A stretch of 32,000 nucleotides of DNA, taken from the NCBI GenBank assembly GCA_052146735.1, contig JBKQMK010000202.1, positions 4,633 through 36,632 of the forward strand. The letters run 5' to 3'. A program made the translations under genes and the position numbers. This DNA comes from Desulfomonilaceae bacterium. GTDB lineage: Bacteria > Desulfobacterota > Desulfomonilia > Desulfomonilales > Desulfomonilaceae. The notes beneath the pieces are model-generated. The model saw nothing but the letters and a program-made list of their open reading frames with translations, made no database searches and was not told the DNA's origin. The stretch's first letter is position 1; each line of letters starts with the position of its first letter. Positions 1-10,433 of the stretch are shown piece by piece.

Positions 1-995
1 AGAGTGGCCCTGATAGCCTGCACCCCGCTGTCGCTATATTCGAGACCGCTGTACATAACCGGAGATGCGCCCCGAGTCGAAGCAATGCGTCTTGCAAGAT
101 CCCGGACTGTTTCCTGAGGGACCCCGGTTATGGACTCCACCACGTCCGGTCGAAAATGTTGAACATAACGCTCAAAATCCTCGAAGCCGTGAGTCCAATT
201 TCGTACGAATGCCTCATCATAAAGCTCTTCTTCTATGAGAATATTACATAGGCCCAAGGCAAGAGCGCCGTCGGTTCCCGGCCGAATTGGTATCCATTGA
301 GCTTCCGTCAGCGTGGCGGTTGCTGTACGCCGAGGATCGATCACCACAACTTCGGCTCCACGGGCGCGGGCATTCATGATTCGGGACATATCCATGGGCG
401 GAGAGTCGGTTGCAGGATTCGCTCCCCACACAACAATAAGCTGTGCATTCTCTATGTCCGAGAACATGTTGATCAGCATTCCGCCCATCGTCACATGCGG
501 CGCAATCATAGCAAAAGATACGTAACAGAGCGCACCGACGCCCAAAGTGTTGGGTGACCCGAAAGGGAAGAGCAGACTTGAAGCAGAAGAGACGGCCACA
601 CCTTTGGGCTGAAAGATGTCACATTTGGCAAGCTCGAAACTGCCACGACCAGTGTATATCGCTGTAGCCTCGGGCCCGTCCTGTGTTTTTATAGCTTGCA
701 GCCTGTCGACTATAATTGTGTAAGCGTCATCCCAGGATATACGTTCAAACTCGTACGTTCCTTTGGGGCCCACTCTACGCAGTGGATGCAGAACTCGATC
801 CTGCGAGTATACTATTTCACCCGAGTGACGGCCGAGCTTACAGATTGCACCCCACTCGGATTCAGTATCTGCTCGCACTTCAGCCACTTTGCCGGATGAA
901 TCGTAAACGACGTTAACCCAACATCCTGCCGGACAGATCCCGCAAATTGCCCGCTTGGAGTTGGAGCTACGGAACTCTTCACATGAAGGTTTCAT
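1..995 (-). CDS. Molybdopterin-dependent oxidoreductase, N-terminal part with [4Fe-4S] domain (partial, runs off left edge)
   Basis: Manual reverse-strand translation from the ATG at 995: MKPSCEEFRSSNSKRAICGICPAGCWVNVVYDSSGKVAEVRADTESEWGAICKLGRHSGEIVYSQDRVLHPLRRVGPKG... then ..LIVVWGANPATDSPPMDMSRIMNARARGAEVVVIDPRRTATA. The CxxCxxxC...C cluster and WGxNPA / VVVIDPR are typical of the family. It is absent from the supplied ORF track because it has no stop inside the window. An in-frame TAG lies just upstream of the start. Confidence 0.9.
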   Translation of the reverse strand, partial: MKPSCEEFRSSNSKRAICGICPAGCWVNVVYDSSGKVAEVRADTESEWGAICKLGRHSGEIVYSQDRVLHPLRRVGPKGTYEFERISWDDAYTIIVDRLQAIKTQDGPEATAIYTGRGSFELAKCDIFQPKGVAVSSASSLLFPFGSPNTLGVGALCYVSFAMIAPHVTMGGMLINMFSDIENAQLIVVWGANPATDSPPMDMSRIMNARARGAEVVVIDPRRTATATLTEAQWIPIRPGTDGALALGLCNILIEEELYDEAFVRNWTHGFEDFERYVQHFRPDVVESITGVPQETVRDLARRIASTRGASPVMYSGLEYSDSGVQAIRAT

Positions 996-1895
996 CAAAA
1001 CCCCAAAAGGAAAACGCACTATTTCGTCAGTTCACGTTCATTTAGTAAAGAAACTACGTCCATCATGATCCGCCCTGCTGGAACTGACTCTTGTCGCTCT
1101 TTTGTTCGTTTGGCTTAAAGCCACGCTAAACTTAATACTACCAAATGCGAAATGATTGCATAGCCAACGATACGCAGCCCTTTGTTTGAGTGTAAGCTTG
1201 TCGGCTTCTCCGACAACATAATACTAACGTCTCAAGTAATTATGATCGAGGAGATGGGTCGGATGTTTTTTATTCTATTGCTCCACGAGGAGCCGGTGAG
1301 CATTCATGGTCCCACTCTTGCCCCCGCATCCGTTGCCCCGCCCCTCGAAGATCGAACAGGTCGCTCGAAGAAAACTTCACTAAGAGCCGCACGCCGATTC
1401 CACTCGCCTTCTAAAACCTCCCCCTACTTTTCACAACCAGCATTGAAATCATTCTTTTCGTCTACCATTTGTTTGCGTTATCAATGACCTTTCAATGCCT
1501 TCCCCGCTTTCAAACAACGCACCACCTGGTGCTTACCATATTCCAGCGATGTTATTCGTGCTCGCTTTCTCGCTTCTTTTGCTCTCAAGCTTTTCTGTAG
1601 CGCTTCTAATTAGCCCCACAAAAAAGCTCTCGACGTTTCCTCCGCTGCCCGTTTGTAACTTAGTCACTTTATGGCGTCGCTATGACAGCCATTTCTGATC
1701 TTATGGTAGACATCTGAATAGTTCTTGTCAAGTATGTATGGTTTCTTGAACCTGATGAAACATGTACCTGCCGGTTTGAATCGCAAGAACCAATCTAATA
1801 GAAAATTAACTGTCTGTTAATCCGAATCCAACCGAAAAACCATAAGCTCCCACAGGCCATATCATCGTGCCTGACGCTCCTACGAATGTAATCAT

Positions 1896-4151
1896 GTGCC
1901 CCCATCGGTACAATACGGAGGAATGATGTTCGGGTTAAGACAACTCAGCGGCTGCGTGTTCCGAAATCCGATGAAGGTTCTCACGTTGGGTTTAGTATTG
2001 GGCGTAACTTTACTGCCCATTCTGGGTTCCATAGTGTGGAACATGTATGATTCTCTGTCCAAAATTGGGAACAATGAGCTGCAACTTCAGCGACTTATTG
2101 GAACTGTCGCACACCTCAACGAGGTTCTCACCATGTATGCACGGCTGGCCGCCGCAACGGGCGATCCAAAATGGGAGAAGCAATACAGGGCCGTAGAACC
2201 TGAGCTTGATAACGCCATTGTGGGAGTGGCCATGCAGGCACGCGCGGAATATGAGAAGACCTACGTTGCTCAGACCAAGCTCGCGTACACAAAGTTGATA
2301 GAAATGGAATCCGTGGGCTTTGCCCTTGTTCGACAGGGTCGGCACAAGGAAGCTTCCGAACTTCTTTTTAGTGCGCAGTACGACCAGCAGAAAGCCCTGT
2401 ACTCGCAGGGAATCGGCAAAATGACCGAGGCGGTCCAGAAGCGAATAGCAGAAGAGATCAATTTGTTTCGCCAACGCATTTGGCACACTGGTTTTCTGGC
2501 TGTGGCCACTGTGTTGATTCTTCTTGCAGCATGGTTGGGGGCTTACCTCGTTGTCAATAGACACCTAGCTTTGCGTAGGCGGAGCGAGGACGAATTGGCA
2601 GAGGAGAAGGAGCGCCTGGCGGTGACCTTGCGCTCAATCGGCGACGGCGTAATCACCACAGACACTGACGGGACAGTGACTCTGATAAATCGCGTGGCGG
2701 AAGACCTAACCGGTTGGCGACAAGGAGAAGGCACGGGCAAAACCTTGAAGGAAGTGTTCGTGACGACTGACGAAGTCACCGGTGAGCCATCCCAAAGTCT
2801 CGCAGAAAAGGTTCTCGAAGCAGGCTCGATTTTCGGGACCACGAACCACACGCGCCTGATTTCCAAAGACGGCGCAGGGCGAATAATCTCGCATAGTTGG
2901 GCACCCATACGGGACAAAACAAGTGTCGTCGTGGGCGTCGTTCTGGTGTTCAGAGACATCACAGACCAACAGAACATGCTGAAGGAAGCATTAAAGGCGG
3001 AAAAGCTCGAATCCGTAGGTATATTGGCCGGCGGCATAGCCCACGACTTCAACAACATTTTGACCGCGGTAGTGGGGAATCTGTCCCTGGCCAAAATGGG
3101 CGTTAACCCGGAAAGCAAGGTATTCCAATCGCTATCCGAAGCTGAAAAAGCCTCGATCCGAGCCAAGAACCTCACGCAGCAACTGTTGACTTTTTCCAAG
3201 GGAGGAGCTCCGATCAAGAAAGCAGCTTCCATTCGTGAACTCCTGACGGGCTGGTCGGGCTTTGCATTAAGAGGCTCGAACGTGAAGTGTGAGTTCAGAA
3301 TTCAAGAGAATCTCGGGGACGCTGAAATCGACGAGGGCCAGATAGGCCAAGTCATTCACAACCTTATCATTAATGCGGATCAGGCAATGCCTGACGGGGG
3401 AACAATTCGCGTATCCGCCGAAAACTTTACTCTGAGACCGGGCGACAGTCTTCCTTTGACTCAGACTAAATATATCAAAATATCCGTGACTGACGAAGGC
3501 GTAGGAGTGGCCCCGGAACATCTTCCCAAGATATTTGATCCATACTTCACCACCAAAAGAAGTGGCACCGGGCTCGGACTCGCCACATCCTACGCCATAA
3601 TAAAGAGACACGACGGCCATGTCACCGTGGACTCTCTTCCCGCACTTGGAACGACCTTCACGATATACCTGCCAGCGTCGGAAGAGCATGCGCTGCCACA
3701 AGACCAGGCTCCCCATTACATTGAGAGAGGCAAGGGAAAGGTGCTTGTTATGGACGACGAGCCGCTGATCCGCCAGCTTACAAGTGACATGCTGACGCAT
3801 CTAGGATATCAGGTCTGCATCTCCAAGGACGGCTTCGAAGCTCTGGGCCTCTTCGAACGCTCTAAGAAAGAAGGAAAACCTTTCGATGCGGTGATAATGG
3901 ACTTAACCATTCCAGGTGGAATGGGAGGAAAAGAAGCGATAACGAAATTGCTCAGCTTAGATCCGGAGGTCAAAGCTGTAGTTTCCAGCGGTTACTGTAA
4001 TGATCCCATCATGGCAAACTTCAGAAAGTATGGATTTGCCGGAGTGCTTGCCAAGCCCTATACGGCCATACAGATGAGCAAATTGTTGCACACAATCATA
4101 AGCCCAAAGCAGAGCGAATGTCTTAAGACACAGGACAAATCAGTCGGCTAG
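1896..4151 (+). CDS. Membrane hybrid sensor histidine kinase (N-terminal TM/periplasmic helical sensor, PAS, HisKA, HATPase_c, C-terminal receiver)
   Basis: 751 aa. TM segments at VLTLGLVLGVTLLPILGSIVW and TGFLAVATVLILLAAWLGAYLVV; PAS region LRSIGDGVITTDTDGTVTLINRVAEDLTGW; H-box GGIAHDFNNILTAVVGN; N/G boxes; REC domain KVLVMDDEPLIRQ..VIMDLTIPG..AKPY. Start may be GTG 1896 or one of the ATGs at 1923/1926 next to GGAGG. Confidence 0.93.
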   Translation: MPPSVQYGGMMFGLRQLSGCVFRNPMKVLTLGLVLGVTLLPILGSIVWNMYDSLSKIGNNELQLQRLIGTVAHLNEVLTMYARLAAATGDPKWEKQYRAVEPELDNAIVGVAMQARAEYEKTYVAQTKLAYTKLIEMESVGFALVRQGRHKEASELLFSAQYDQQKALYSQGIGKMTEAVQKRIAEEINLFRQRIWHTGFLAVATVLILLAAWLGAYLVVNRHLALRRRSEDELAEEKERLAVTLRSIGDGVITTDTDGTVTLINRVAEDLTGWRQGEGTGKTLKEVFVTTDEVTGEPSQSLAEKVLEAGSIFGTTNHTRLISKDGAGRIISHSWAPIRDKTSVVVGVVLVFRDITDQQNMLKEALKAEKLESVGILAGGIAHDFNNILTAVVGNLSLAKMGVNPESKVFQSLSEAEKASIRAKNLTQQLLTFSKGGAPIKKAASIRELLTGWSGFALRGSNVKCEFRIQENLGDAEIDEGQIGQVIHNLIINADQAMPDGGTIRVSAENFTLRPGDSLPLTQTKYIKISVTDEGVGVAPEHLPKIFDPYFTTKRSGTGLGLATSYAIIKRHDGHVTVDSLPALGTTFTIYLPASEEHALPQDQAPHYIERGKGKVLVMDDEPLIRQLTSDMLTHLGYQVCISKDGFEALGLFERSKKEGKPFDAVIMDLTIPGGMGGKEAITKLLSLDPEVKAVVSSGYCNDPIMANFRKYGFAGVLAKPYTAIQMSKLLHTIISPKQSECLKTQDKSVG

Positions 4152-4484
4152 TGCCGTACATTGCTATAGGTGCCGCCACCGCAGTGGTGCTAGTGCTGTA
4201 CGTCTCTGTAGGTTCTGCCACAGTACCGCATGCTCTCTATTGCTCTGGCTGAACTAACAAGGACCCGAAATCGGGACGCCATGCACCTGACTTGATAAAG
4301 TAACCGAGATTTAGTTTGCCGCTAATACTGCACTAACCTTCGGCCCTTACACATGCCCGTGCAGCGTCTTCACCTGCTTCTTGGCCTCTTGGCGAAGACA
4401 CCCGGATCGGAACATCCGGGGCCGGTGTTGTTGTTTTCCTACGCTCGCGAGAAAATTCACAGTTGGGAAGAGAGGAATTGCTCA

Positions 4485-5351
4485 ATGAGTTGGTGTCGTA
4501 ATGTAGGGTTGGCTGTTGTCTTTGCAATTCTAATCAATGGAGCGGTGTGGAGTTTGCCCGTACAAGGCGAGAATTCGGCTATGGTCCACCTCAGTGGCTC
4601 CAGATACTTGTATTTCACCGTAACGGATCTCGCCAGGCGCTACATGGAGCACGATGCTGAAACCAAAGTGATAGTTACTCACGCGGATCAGCAGTCCTAC
4701 GTGCAATCGCTTATGGATAACACCAGTGACGCAATCATGACACTGGGAAAAATGGAACAGGACTTAAAGGAAGAGGCAGTGGAACAAGGAATCCACCTAC
4801 AGGAGAAGATTGTGGCCTGGGGCGGGGTGGTGCTCGTAACGGACCCGAAAAATCCGGTCAATGAACTAACTATGGACCAGGTCCGGAAGATATTCCTTGG
4901 CGAACATGTCAATTGGGCGGAAGTGGGCGGCCTAGATGAGCCTATTGTGACGATGTCCCGAGATGAAGCCGTGTCGGGCACAGAGCGATTTTTTCGTGAA
5001 TTTGTGCTCCATGGTTTTCCGCTGGTGCAGCAGACCGTCAAATTGTTTGACCCCGACATAGTCCGGGCTGTTTGGAAACGGAGGGGTTCCATAGCCGATG
5101 CGCGCTATACCGAGGCAGTGAGGGGCAGGATTAGGGGTATGGTGAAGATAATTGCCCTTAAGGAAGACGAGGGGTCTCCGGCCATCATGCCGTCCGTGGA
5201 CACCATTGAAGAGCACACCTACCCCTTGTCCGCTCCTCAGGTCATGTACTATGACGTGAAATCCAACTCGCGCGGCCTCAAGGAATTTGTCGACTTCTGC
5301 GCTGACCGGGGCCTCGGTACACATCACGCATGGTTGAAGAAGCAGAGATAA
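4485..5351 (+). CDS. Secreted PstS-like periplasmic binding protein (paralog 1)
   Basis: The ORF opens at 4353, but ATG 4485 has an AGAGGA Shine-Dalgarno and begins a signal peptide (MSWCRNVGLAVVFAILINGAVWSLPVQG). PBP-like body ..WGGVVLVTDPKNPVNELTMDQVRKIFLGEHVNWAEVGG..SRDEAVSGTERFF.. resembles the PstS family. Confidence 0.82.
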   Translation: MSWCRNVGLAVVFAILINGAVWSLPVQGENSAMVHLSGSRYLYFTVTDLARRYMEHDAETKVIVTHADQQSYVQSLMDNTSDAIMTLGKMEQDLKEEAVEQGIHLQEKIVAWGGVVLVTDPKNPVNELTMDQVRKIFLGEHVNWAEVGGLDEPIVTMSRDEAVSGTERFFREFVLHGFPLVQQTVKLFDPDIVRAVWKRRGSIADARYTEAVRGRIRGMVKIIALKEDEGSPAIMPSVDTIEEHTYPLSAPQVMYYDVKSNSRGLKEFVDFCADRGLGTHHAWLKKQR

Positions 5352-6107
5352 ACCTCTCTTCCAGATTATTTATCGGAGTGCTCGGGCCGACGCAATTTGT
5401 ACCCCCCCAATTGAGACCGGCGTCGGCCCGTTTATATACAAATTCAGTTAGCCGCTTCCGCAGGGACAGAGAAATCTTGATCGATGGTGTCAACGCGGAT
5501 CCTGTAGCGAGACCACGTAGAAATGCATGGTCTTCGGGTCAAGTATTTGATATGGCGAAGGAAATGAAAGGACATCGAGGGTAATCAAATGCACGGGAGT
5601 GGTGAGGCGGAAAGAGAGACAATTCGACCTGAATTTGATCCTTCAATCATGATCGATTTTCAGGGGGACAAGATTACTTGTGGCACGGGTTTTCCGTTGC
5701 TTTGAGCGATAGACGACCGCTTTGGCATTTTTGATCGAATCGGGAGCGAACAGGAGGATACCAGATCCAGGGTTCGCAGCAAACTCTCTCAGCTTCAAAT
5801 GGCCTGGTAGAGGAGCTATCAGATAGCGGCTGGGTATAGCGCGCCGCATAATTCCGCCTTGTTCGGAGGACGTGATCCCCTTGTCAAGCAGTTGCGCCCG
5901 CGAAACGGTTCCCCGACCACGGCTGAAGTCAAGAATTCATGCGCCTAGTGGATGCAGAGTCACGCATAACTGGTTTGTGAGAAACTATGTTCAAACAATA
6001 TCTTAATTTCAATCTAATCGTGTCTTAACCCATGTAACCAAGAATCTGAGTCTCGGTATTAATAGAGGTCCTGATTAGAAACGGCTCTCCTTAGAAAGGA
6101 AGATATT

Positions 6108-6959
6108 ATGTGTAAACGGTTGGTTTTCGTCGCGTGCGTGTTGACTATTTCAGCCGCACTTGTGGATCACAGTTTCGCTCAAGACAAAAATAGCCTGAAA
6201 ATCCAAGGGTCAAAATATGTAGCCTTTACGTTGACTGATTGGGCGAAGGCCTACATGGATCAACAGCCAAATGCCTCGATCAAGGTTGAGGCTGTCGACT
6301 CCGTGGAAGGATTCCAATCATTCCTGAAGCGGAGTTCTGATGCTCTGGCCGTGTTCGGACAGTTGGAGGAGGACGAGAAGGGTGAAGCAGAGGAGAAAGG
6401 CATGGTCGTCACGGAAAGGATCATCGGTTGGGGCGCAGTCGCCATCATTACGCATCCGAAGAATCCGGTCAATGAGCTTTCGATCGATCAGGTCAAGAAG
6501 ATCTTCTCAGGAGCCTACAAGAACTGGAACCAGGTGGGCGGCCCCGATCTTCCGATCGTCGCAATCACCAGAGATGAGGCAATGTCAGGCACTGAAAGGC
6601 TTTTTAGGGACCTTGTCCTCGATGGTTCGCCAGTGGACCAGGACACCAAGCGCCTGCTCTCGTATGACATAATACGTGCCGTTTTAAAGGATCCCGGCTC
6701 TATTGCCGATGCCCGTTACACAGAGGCCATTCGCGGCAGGATTAAAGGAATGGCGAAGATCCTTGCTCTCAAAAAAGATGAAAGCAGCCCGGCGGTAATG
6801 CCGTCAGCGGAAACATTGCAGAACCGCTCATATCTTCTCTCTGCTCCGATGGTTATTTGCTACGATTCAAAAGAGAATTCCGGTGTCCTACAAGCATTCA
6901 CCGAATTTTGTTCAAAGAGAGGATTAGGGGAACGGTTCGCGGAATCTCAGTCGAGATAG
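6108..6959 (+). CDS. Secreted PstS-like periplasmic binding protein (paralog 2)
   Basis: 283 aa, signal peptide MCKRLVFVACVLTISAALVDHSFAQ, strong colinear similarity to the 4485-5351 product (PKNPVNEL..QV.KIF, RDEA.SGTER.FR, GSIADARYTEA.RGRI.GM.KI.ALK.DE.SPA.MPS). Confidence 0.85.
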   Translation: MCKRLVFVACVLTISAALVDHSFAQDKNSLKIQGSKYVAFTLTDWAKAYMDQQPNASIKVEAVDSVEGFQSFLKRSSDALAVFGQLEEDEKGEAEEKGMVVTERIIGWGAVAIITHPKNPVNELSIDQVKKIFSGAYKNWNQVGGPDLPIVAITRDEAMSGTERLFRDLVLDGSPVDQDTKRLLSYDIIRAVLKDPGSIADARYTEAIRGRIKGMAKILALKKDESSPAVMPSAETLQNRSYLLSAPMVICYDSKENSGVLQAFTEFCSKRGLGERFAESQSR

Positions 6960-7487
6960 CATTTTCTCGCACCTAATTACTCGTGTAACCTGAATCGGCC
7001 CTGATGCATCCAAGTCGGACAGTCGGTGTTGACTGCAGGATCTGAAGATCTTTGTGGCCCCGTTAAGTGAGAGGCTGCGGGGATTGGCTATGGAAAGCCC
7101 TGTGGTTGATGGGCACTCTCGAGCGTGGAGCCTGCATCACCATTTGCCTTCGGCCTTCTCCCTCGATCGGCACTACCGGCCGGCATAGAGGTGCGAAGAT
7201 CATAGTTGACTGGAGGCTGAGCGTTGAAGTATGTTCAAAAAGAGGACAAAACAGGAGCTTTCATCGACATGGAGACAGTTTTGCCGCTGTCGGATCTTGG
7301 AAGGGGCCGTGCTGGGACCTTTCGGGGAGGTCGGAGAACCAGCGTGCGACGAGCACAGATCCAGAAACCGTGGAAAAGGAAAAGCTGCCGCATAATTCGG
7401 GTTCAAGACTATTAGGATAGAACGGTCGCAGCACAGTTTCGGATGAGCTGTTCACCTTCAACCACACATTTGGGGAGGAGGAATGCC

Positions 7488-8069
7488 ATGGGAGCCAAGA
7501 AGATTCTGATGTTGGTCGGGGACTACGTAGAGGATTACGAGGTGATGGTGCCGTTCCAGGCCTTGCTGATGGTCGGGCATACAGTTCACGCGGTTTGCCC
7601 TGACAAGAAGGCCGGCGACATAGTGAGAACCGCAATTCACGACTTTGAGGGGGACCAGACCTACAGCGAGAAGCGGGGGCATAATTTCACCTTGAACGCA
7701 ACATTCTCGGAAATAAAGGCTGAAGATTACGATGCTCTGGTGATTCCGGGCGGACGCGCTCCAGAATACATAAGACTCAACGAAGGAGTGCTCAAAGTAG
7801 TACGCCATTTTGCCGAGAAAAACAAACCCATAGCCGCTATTTGCCACGGAGCGCAGGTGTTGGCCGCTGCGGGGGTTGTTGAGGGAAAATCGTGTTCGGC
7901 CTATCCGGCTGTGGGGCCTGACGTCAATAGTGCGGGCGGAAAATGGGTAAACATTCCTTTGGACAAGGCCCACGTGGACGGCAACCTCGTTACAGCACCT
8001 GCGTGGCCTGCGCACCCAGATTGGGTGGCAAAGTTCCTTCAGGTGCTCGGCACCAAGATTGAGCCGTAA
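7488..8069 (+). CDS. DJ-1/PfpI family protein (class I glutamine amidotransferase-like)
   Basis: [64 protein letters not shown]; nucleophile-elbow AICHG. ATG 7488 is preceded by GGGGAGGAGG. Confidence 0.93.
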   Translation: MGAKKILMLVGDYVEDYEVMVPFQALLMVGHTVHAVCPDKKAGDIVRTAIHDFEGDQTYSEKRGHNFTLNATFSEIKAEDYDALVIPGGRAPEYIRLNEGVLKVVRHFAEKNKPIAAICHGAQVLAAAGVVEGKSCSAYPAVGPDVNSAGGKWVNIPLDKAHVDGNLVTAPAWPAHPDWVAKFLQVLGTKIEP

Positions 8070-8174
8070 CAACGGCCGCGGAGCTTCAGATATTCCCGAT
8101 TGTATGGGCCTGGGGGCGCAGTCGGTTTACGCCCCCCATCGTTCCCGTTCGGTCTGGCCGGTACCGTATCCCTG

Positions 8175-8197
8175 GTTACCAGGCTCTGCCTGGTAAC
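8175..8197. repeat. Perfect 10-bp inverted repeat, REP-like hairpin
   Basis: GTTACCAGGC-TCT-GCCTGGTAAC. Confidence 0.8.
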
Positions 8198-8297
8198 TCC
8201 CTTGTTCCGGGCTCCGCCCGATATGAGCCACGATTGCGAAATCTGGAAGGCCGGATTCCGGATTGGGGGCAGAACCTGGGAACCAGGTGTAGTGCAT

Positions 8298-8335
8298 GGT
8301 GCCACGGACGAGCCGGTCGGCACGTTCGTGGCACC
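8298..8335. repeat. 13-bp inverted repeat with one G-U/T pair
   Basis: GGTGCCACGGACG (8298-8310) / CGTTCGTGGCACC (8323-8335). Confidence 0.75.
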
Positions 8336-8405
8336 AATGTTTCGAGCACTTTCATGCTTCGTTGTGGCGCTTTCAACCGTAGAATCCGGCATGAAATCGC
8401 TGGGT

Positions 8406-8624
8406 TCACTTGAATCTGACACAATCTTTGATCATTGTCAGGGAATCGTCTATATGTCCGAGTCGTTTCTCGAATCCTGTGAGTGACCCGTTTGAGCCGT
8501 TTGTTTCCCCTGAACGAACGAGAAGTTTTTCCAACAGTCTAGTTTGTGCATTCACGACTTCCGTAAGTTGATCGATTTTTGAATGCATCACCCTTACCTC
8601 ATCCGGAACCGGTAAAAATCCCAT
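8406..8624 (-). CDS. Small hypothetical protein, possibly coiled coil
   Basis: MGFLPVPDEVRVMHSKIDQLTEVVNAQTRLLEKLLVRSGETNGSNGSLTGFEKRLGHIDDSLTMIKDCVRFK; heptad-like hydrophobic pattern; AAAGGAAAG upstream. Confidence 0.4.
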   Translation of the reverse strand: MGFLPVPDEVRVMHSKIDQLTEVVNAQTRLLEKLLVRSGETNGSNGSLTGFEKRLGHIDDSLTMIKDCVRFK

Positions 8625-8745
8625 GAAGAAGACTTTCCTTTCCAATCTGCAGTTGGGCTTTCTGATCGAGGGCTTAACGCAGCATTCCACTTCAATCCCA
8701 TTCGGCTGAAATTATTAGCTTTGCGTCTTACCGCTTATCGCGCCC

Positions 8746-9834
8746 TTACTTCCACGCGGGCGCTCCGGCTGCGGTTACCTGCTTTGTCCAATCTGATTCC
8801 ACCAGGTTGTAAACATTGAGCGGTATTGGCACGTAGTGCAGATCCGTGGCCATCGACTGTCCCTGCTTGAAGCACCAGTCGAAGAACTTGAGCATGGCTC
8901 CAGCCTTTGCAGGAGCGAGTTGATCTTTGTATATGAGAATATATGAGGCTCCAACGATAGGCCAACTCTTCTCCCCAGGTTGGTCGGTAAGCACCATGTA
9001 GAAACCGGGAGCCTTATCCCAATCGGCATTGGCAGCCGCAGCTTGAAATGTCTCGATAGTTGGGGCGACGAATTTGCCCGCGCGATTCTGGAGTTGGACA
9101 AACTTCAATCTTTCTCGCAGAGCGTACGCATACTCAACATAACCAATGGCTCCATCAGTTTTCTTCACCAGAACGGAGACCCCTTCATTCCCTTTGCCCC
9201 CCACGCCGGTGGGCCAGGAGACGGACTTGTCGTTTCCTACTTTTTCTTTCCAGTCTGGTGATACCTTGCTAAGATAGTTGGTGAAAATCCAGGTAGTCCC
9301 CGAGCCGTCGGCCCTGTGCACCACAGTGATTTCCTTGTCAGGCAATCTCAAGTCCGGGTTCACTGCCATTATTCTTGGGTCATTCCATTTCTTGATCTTG
9401 GCAAGGTATATGTCTGCCAAGAGTTCAGGTGTAAGTTTGAGTTTGCCTTTTGCTATGCCTTCAACGTGGATAACCGGAACGACGCCGCCCATTATCATGG
9501 GAAACTGGACCAGTCCGTGCTGGTTCAACTCTTCTGCTTTCAGAGGTTCATCGGAGGCCCCAAAGTCAACCGTTTTGGCTTTGATCTGGACTATTCCTCC
9601 TCCGGACCCGATTGCCTGATAGCCTATCTTCAAGCCAGTGTTTTGGTTGTACTTTGTAGCCCATTTGGCATAGACGGGATACGGGAAAGTGGCACCCGCG
9701 GCACTCAAACTCTCAACGTCCGGGGCCGCATTTGCAAACAGCGCTGCCTGCAAAGCCAGTAAGACAGCCACAACCAGCGTGAGTTTAATCTTTGAGGTTG
9801 AATTGACCCCGCAAGAAAGAATCCGTCGCCCCAT
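8746..9834 (-). CDS. pstS: Phosphate ABC transporter substrate-binding protein PstS
   Basis: LSAAGATFPYPVYAKWATKYNQNTGLKIGYQAIGSGGGIVQIKAKTVDFGASDEPL..VVHRADGSGTTWIFTNYLS..VSWPTGVGGKGNEGV: canonical PstS. Signal peptide; AAGGAGG upstream of the start. Confidence 0.96.
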   Translation of the reverse strand: MGRRILSCGVNSTSKIKLTLVVAVLLALQAALFANAAPDVESLSAAGATFPYPVYAKWATKYNQNTGLKIGYQAIGSGGGIVQIKAKTVDFGASDEPLKAEELNQHGLVQFPMIMGGVVPVIHVEGIAKGKLKLTPELLADIYLAKIKKWNDPRIMAVNPDLRLPDKEITVVHRADGSGTTWIFTNYLSKVSPDWKEKVGNDKSVSWPTGVGGKGNEGVSVLVKKTDGAIGYVEYAYALRERLKFVQLQNRAGKFVAPTIETFQAAAANADWDKAPGFYMVLTDQPGEKSWPIVGASYILIYKDQLAPAKAGAMLKFFDWCFKQGQSMATDLHYVPIPLNVYNLVESDWTKQVTAAGAPAWK

Positions 9835-10433
9835 TTTGTCCTCCTTTTTGTCTTCAGCAAGATGTTGTCACCATGTTTACAAGAAACTTTAGATGATGCC
9901 CGACTGCCCTTCGGGATGCTTGGGCGGCATATGTTTGAAGGACAGCACGGGCATCCGGAGCCGGGATTTCATTAGAAACGATCAATGTTAAGAGATCGCT
10001 AGTGCAAAGTTAAAAGTTAGATAGAAGTGGAAACCTTCCGTGCTCGATCGCGAGCCCGAAACCACGGTGTGTATTTGCTGCCAGTCCTCAACATCTCGTC
10101 TCTAACTTTTCAAAATCGGTATTTCTAACAAACATTTATAACAGACCTAACCAGTGGCTCACATTTTCGGACCATTCTGTTTCTGCACTAACATCACCAT
10201 GTTGGTATTGAGAATCCACAAGAAAGCGTATCTCATCAAAACTTGGCATCGATATGTGCTGAACGAAGCAAGGTTTAATGAAAAACTCACGCCTGAGTAA
10301 TATTCCGATAACAGACGCAGTCCTAGTAAGGGGCCGGCTGCGGTCACGAGTCAGGACAGGTTGGATGGTCCTGAAATTCGCTTCACGCGGTTCCATGGAA
10401 CTGGCCGATTTTGAGAATAATTAGGAGGAAAGA

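Noticed and set aside
1182-1698. Two forward ORFs (101 and 67 aa) between the oxidoreductase and the sensor kinase
   Set aside because: No convincing SD, unnatural composition, no recognisable domain; treated as non-coding.
2543-3232. 229-aa reverse ORF opposite the histidine kinase
   Set aside because: Lies wholly antisense to a well-supported gene with clear kinase motifs; its content is a shadow of the sense codon usage.
3267-3800. 177-aa reverse ORF antisense to the kinase
   Set aside because: Antisense shadow; no SD or domain.
7067-7635. Overlapping ORFs on both strands upstream of the PfpI gene
   Set aside because: Mutually overlapping, arginine/serine-rich, no RBS; probably intergenic.
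7458-8072. 204-aa reverse ORF antisense to the DJ-1/PfpI gene
   Set aside because: The sense frame carries a clear family signature and strong SD.
8039-8486. 127-aa reverse and 128-aa forward ORFs over the hairpin cluster
   Set aside because: Sequence is dominated by inverted repeats, and the translations are not protein-like.
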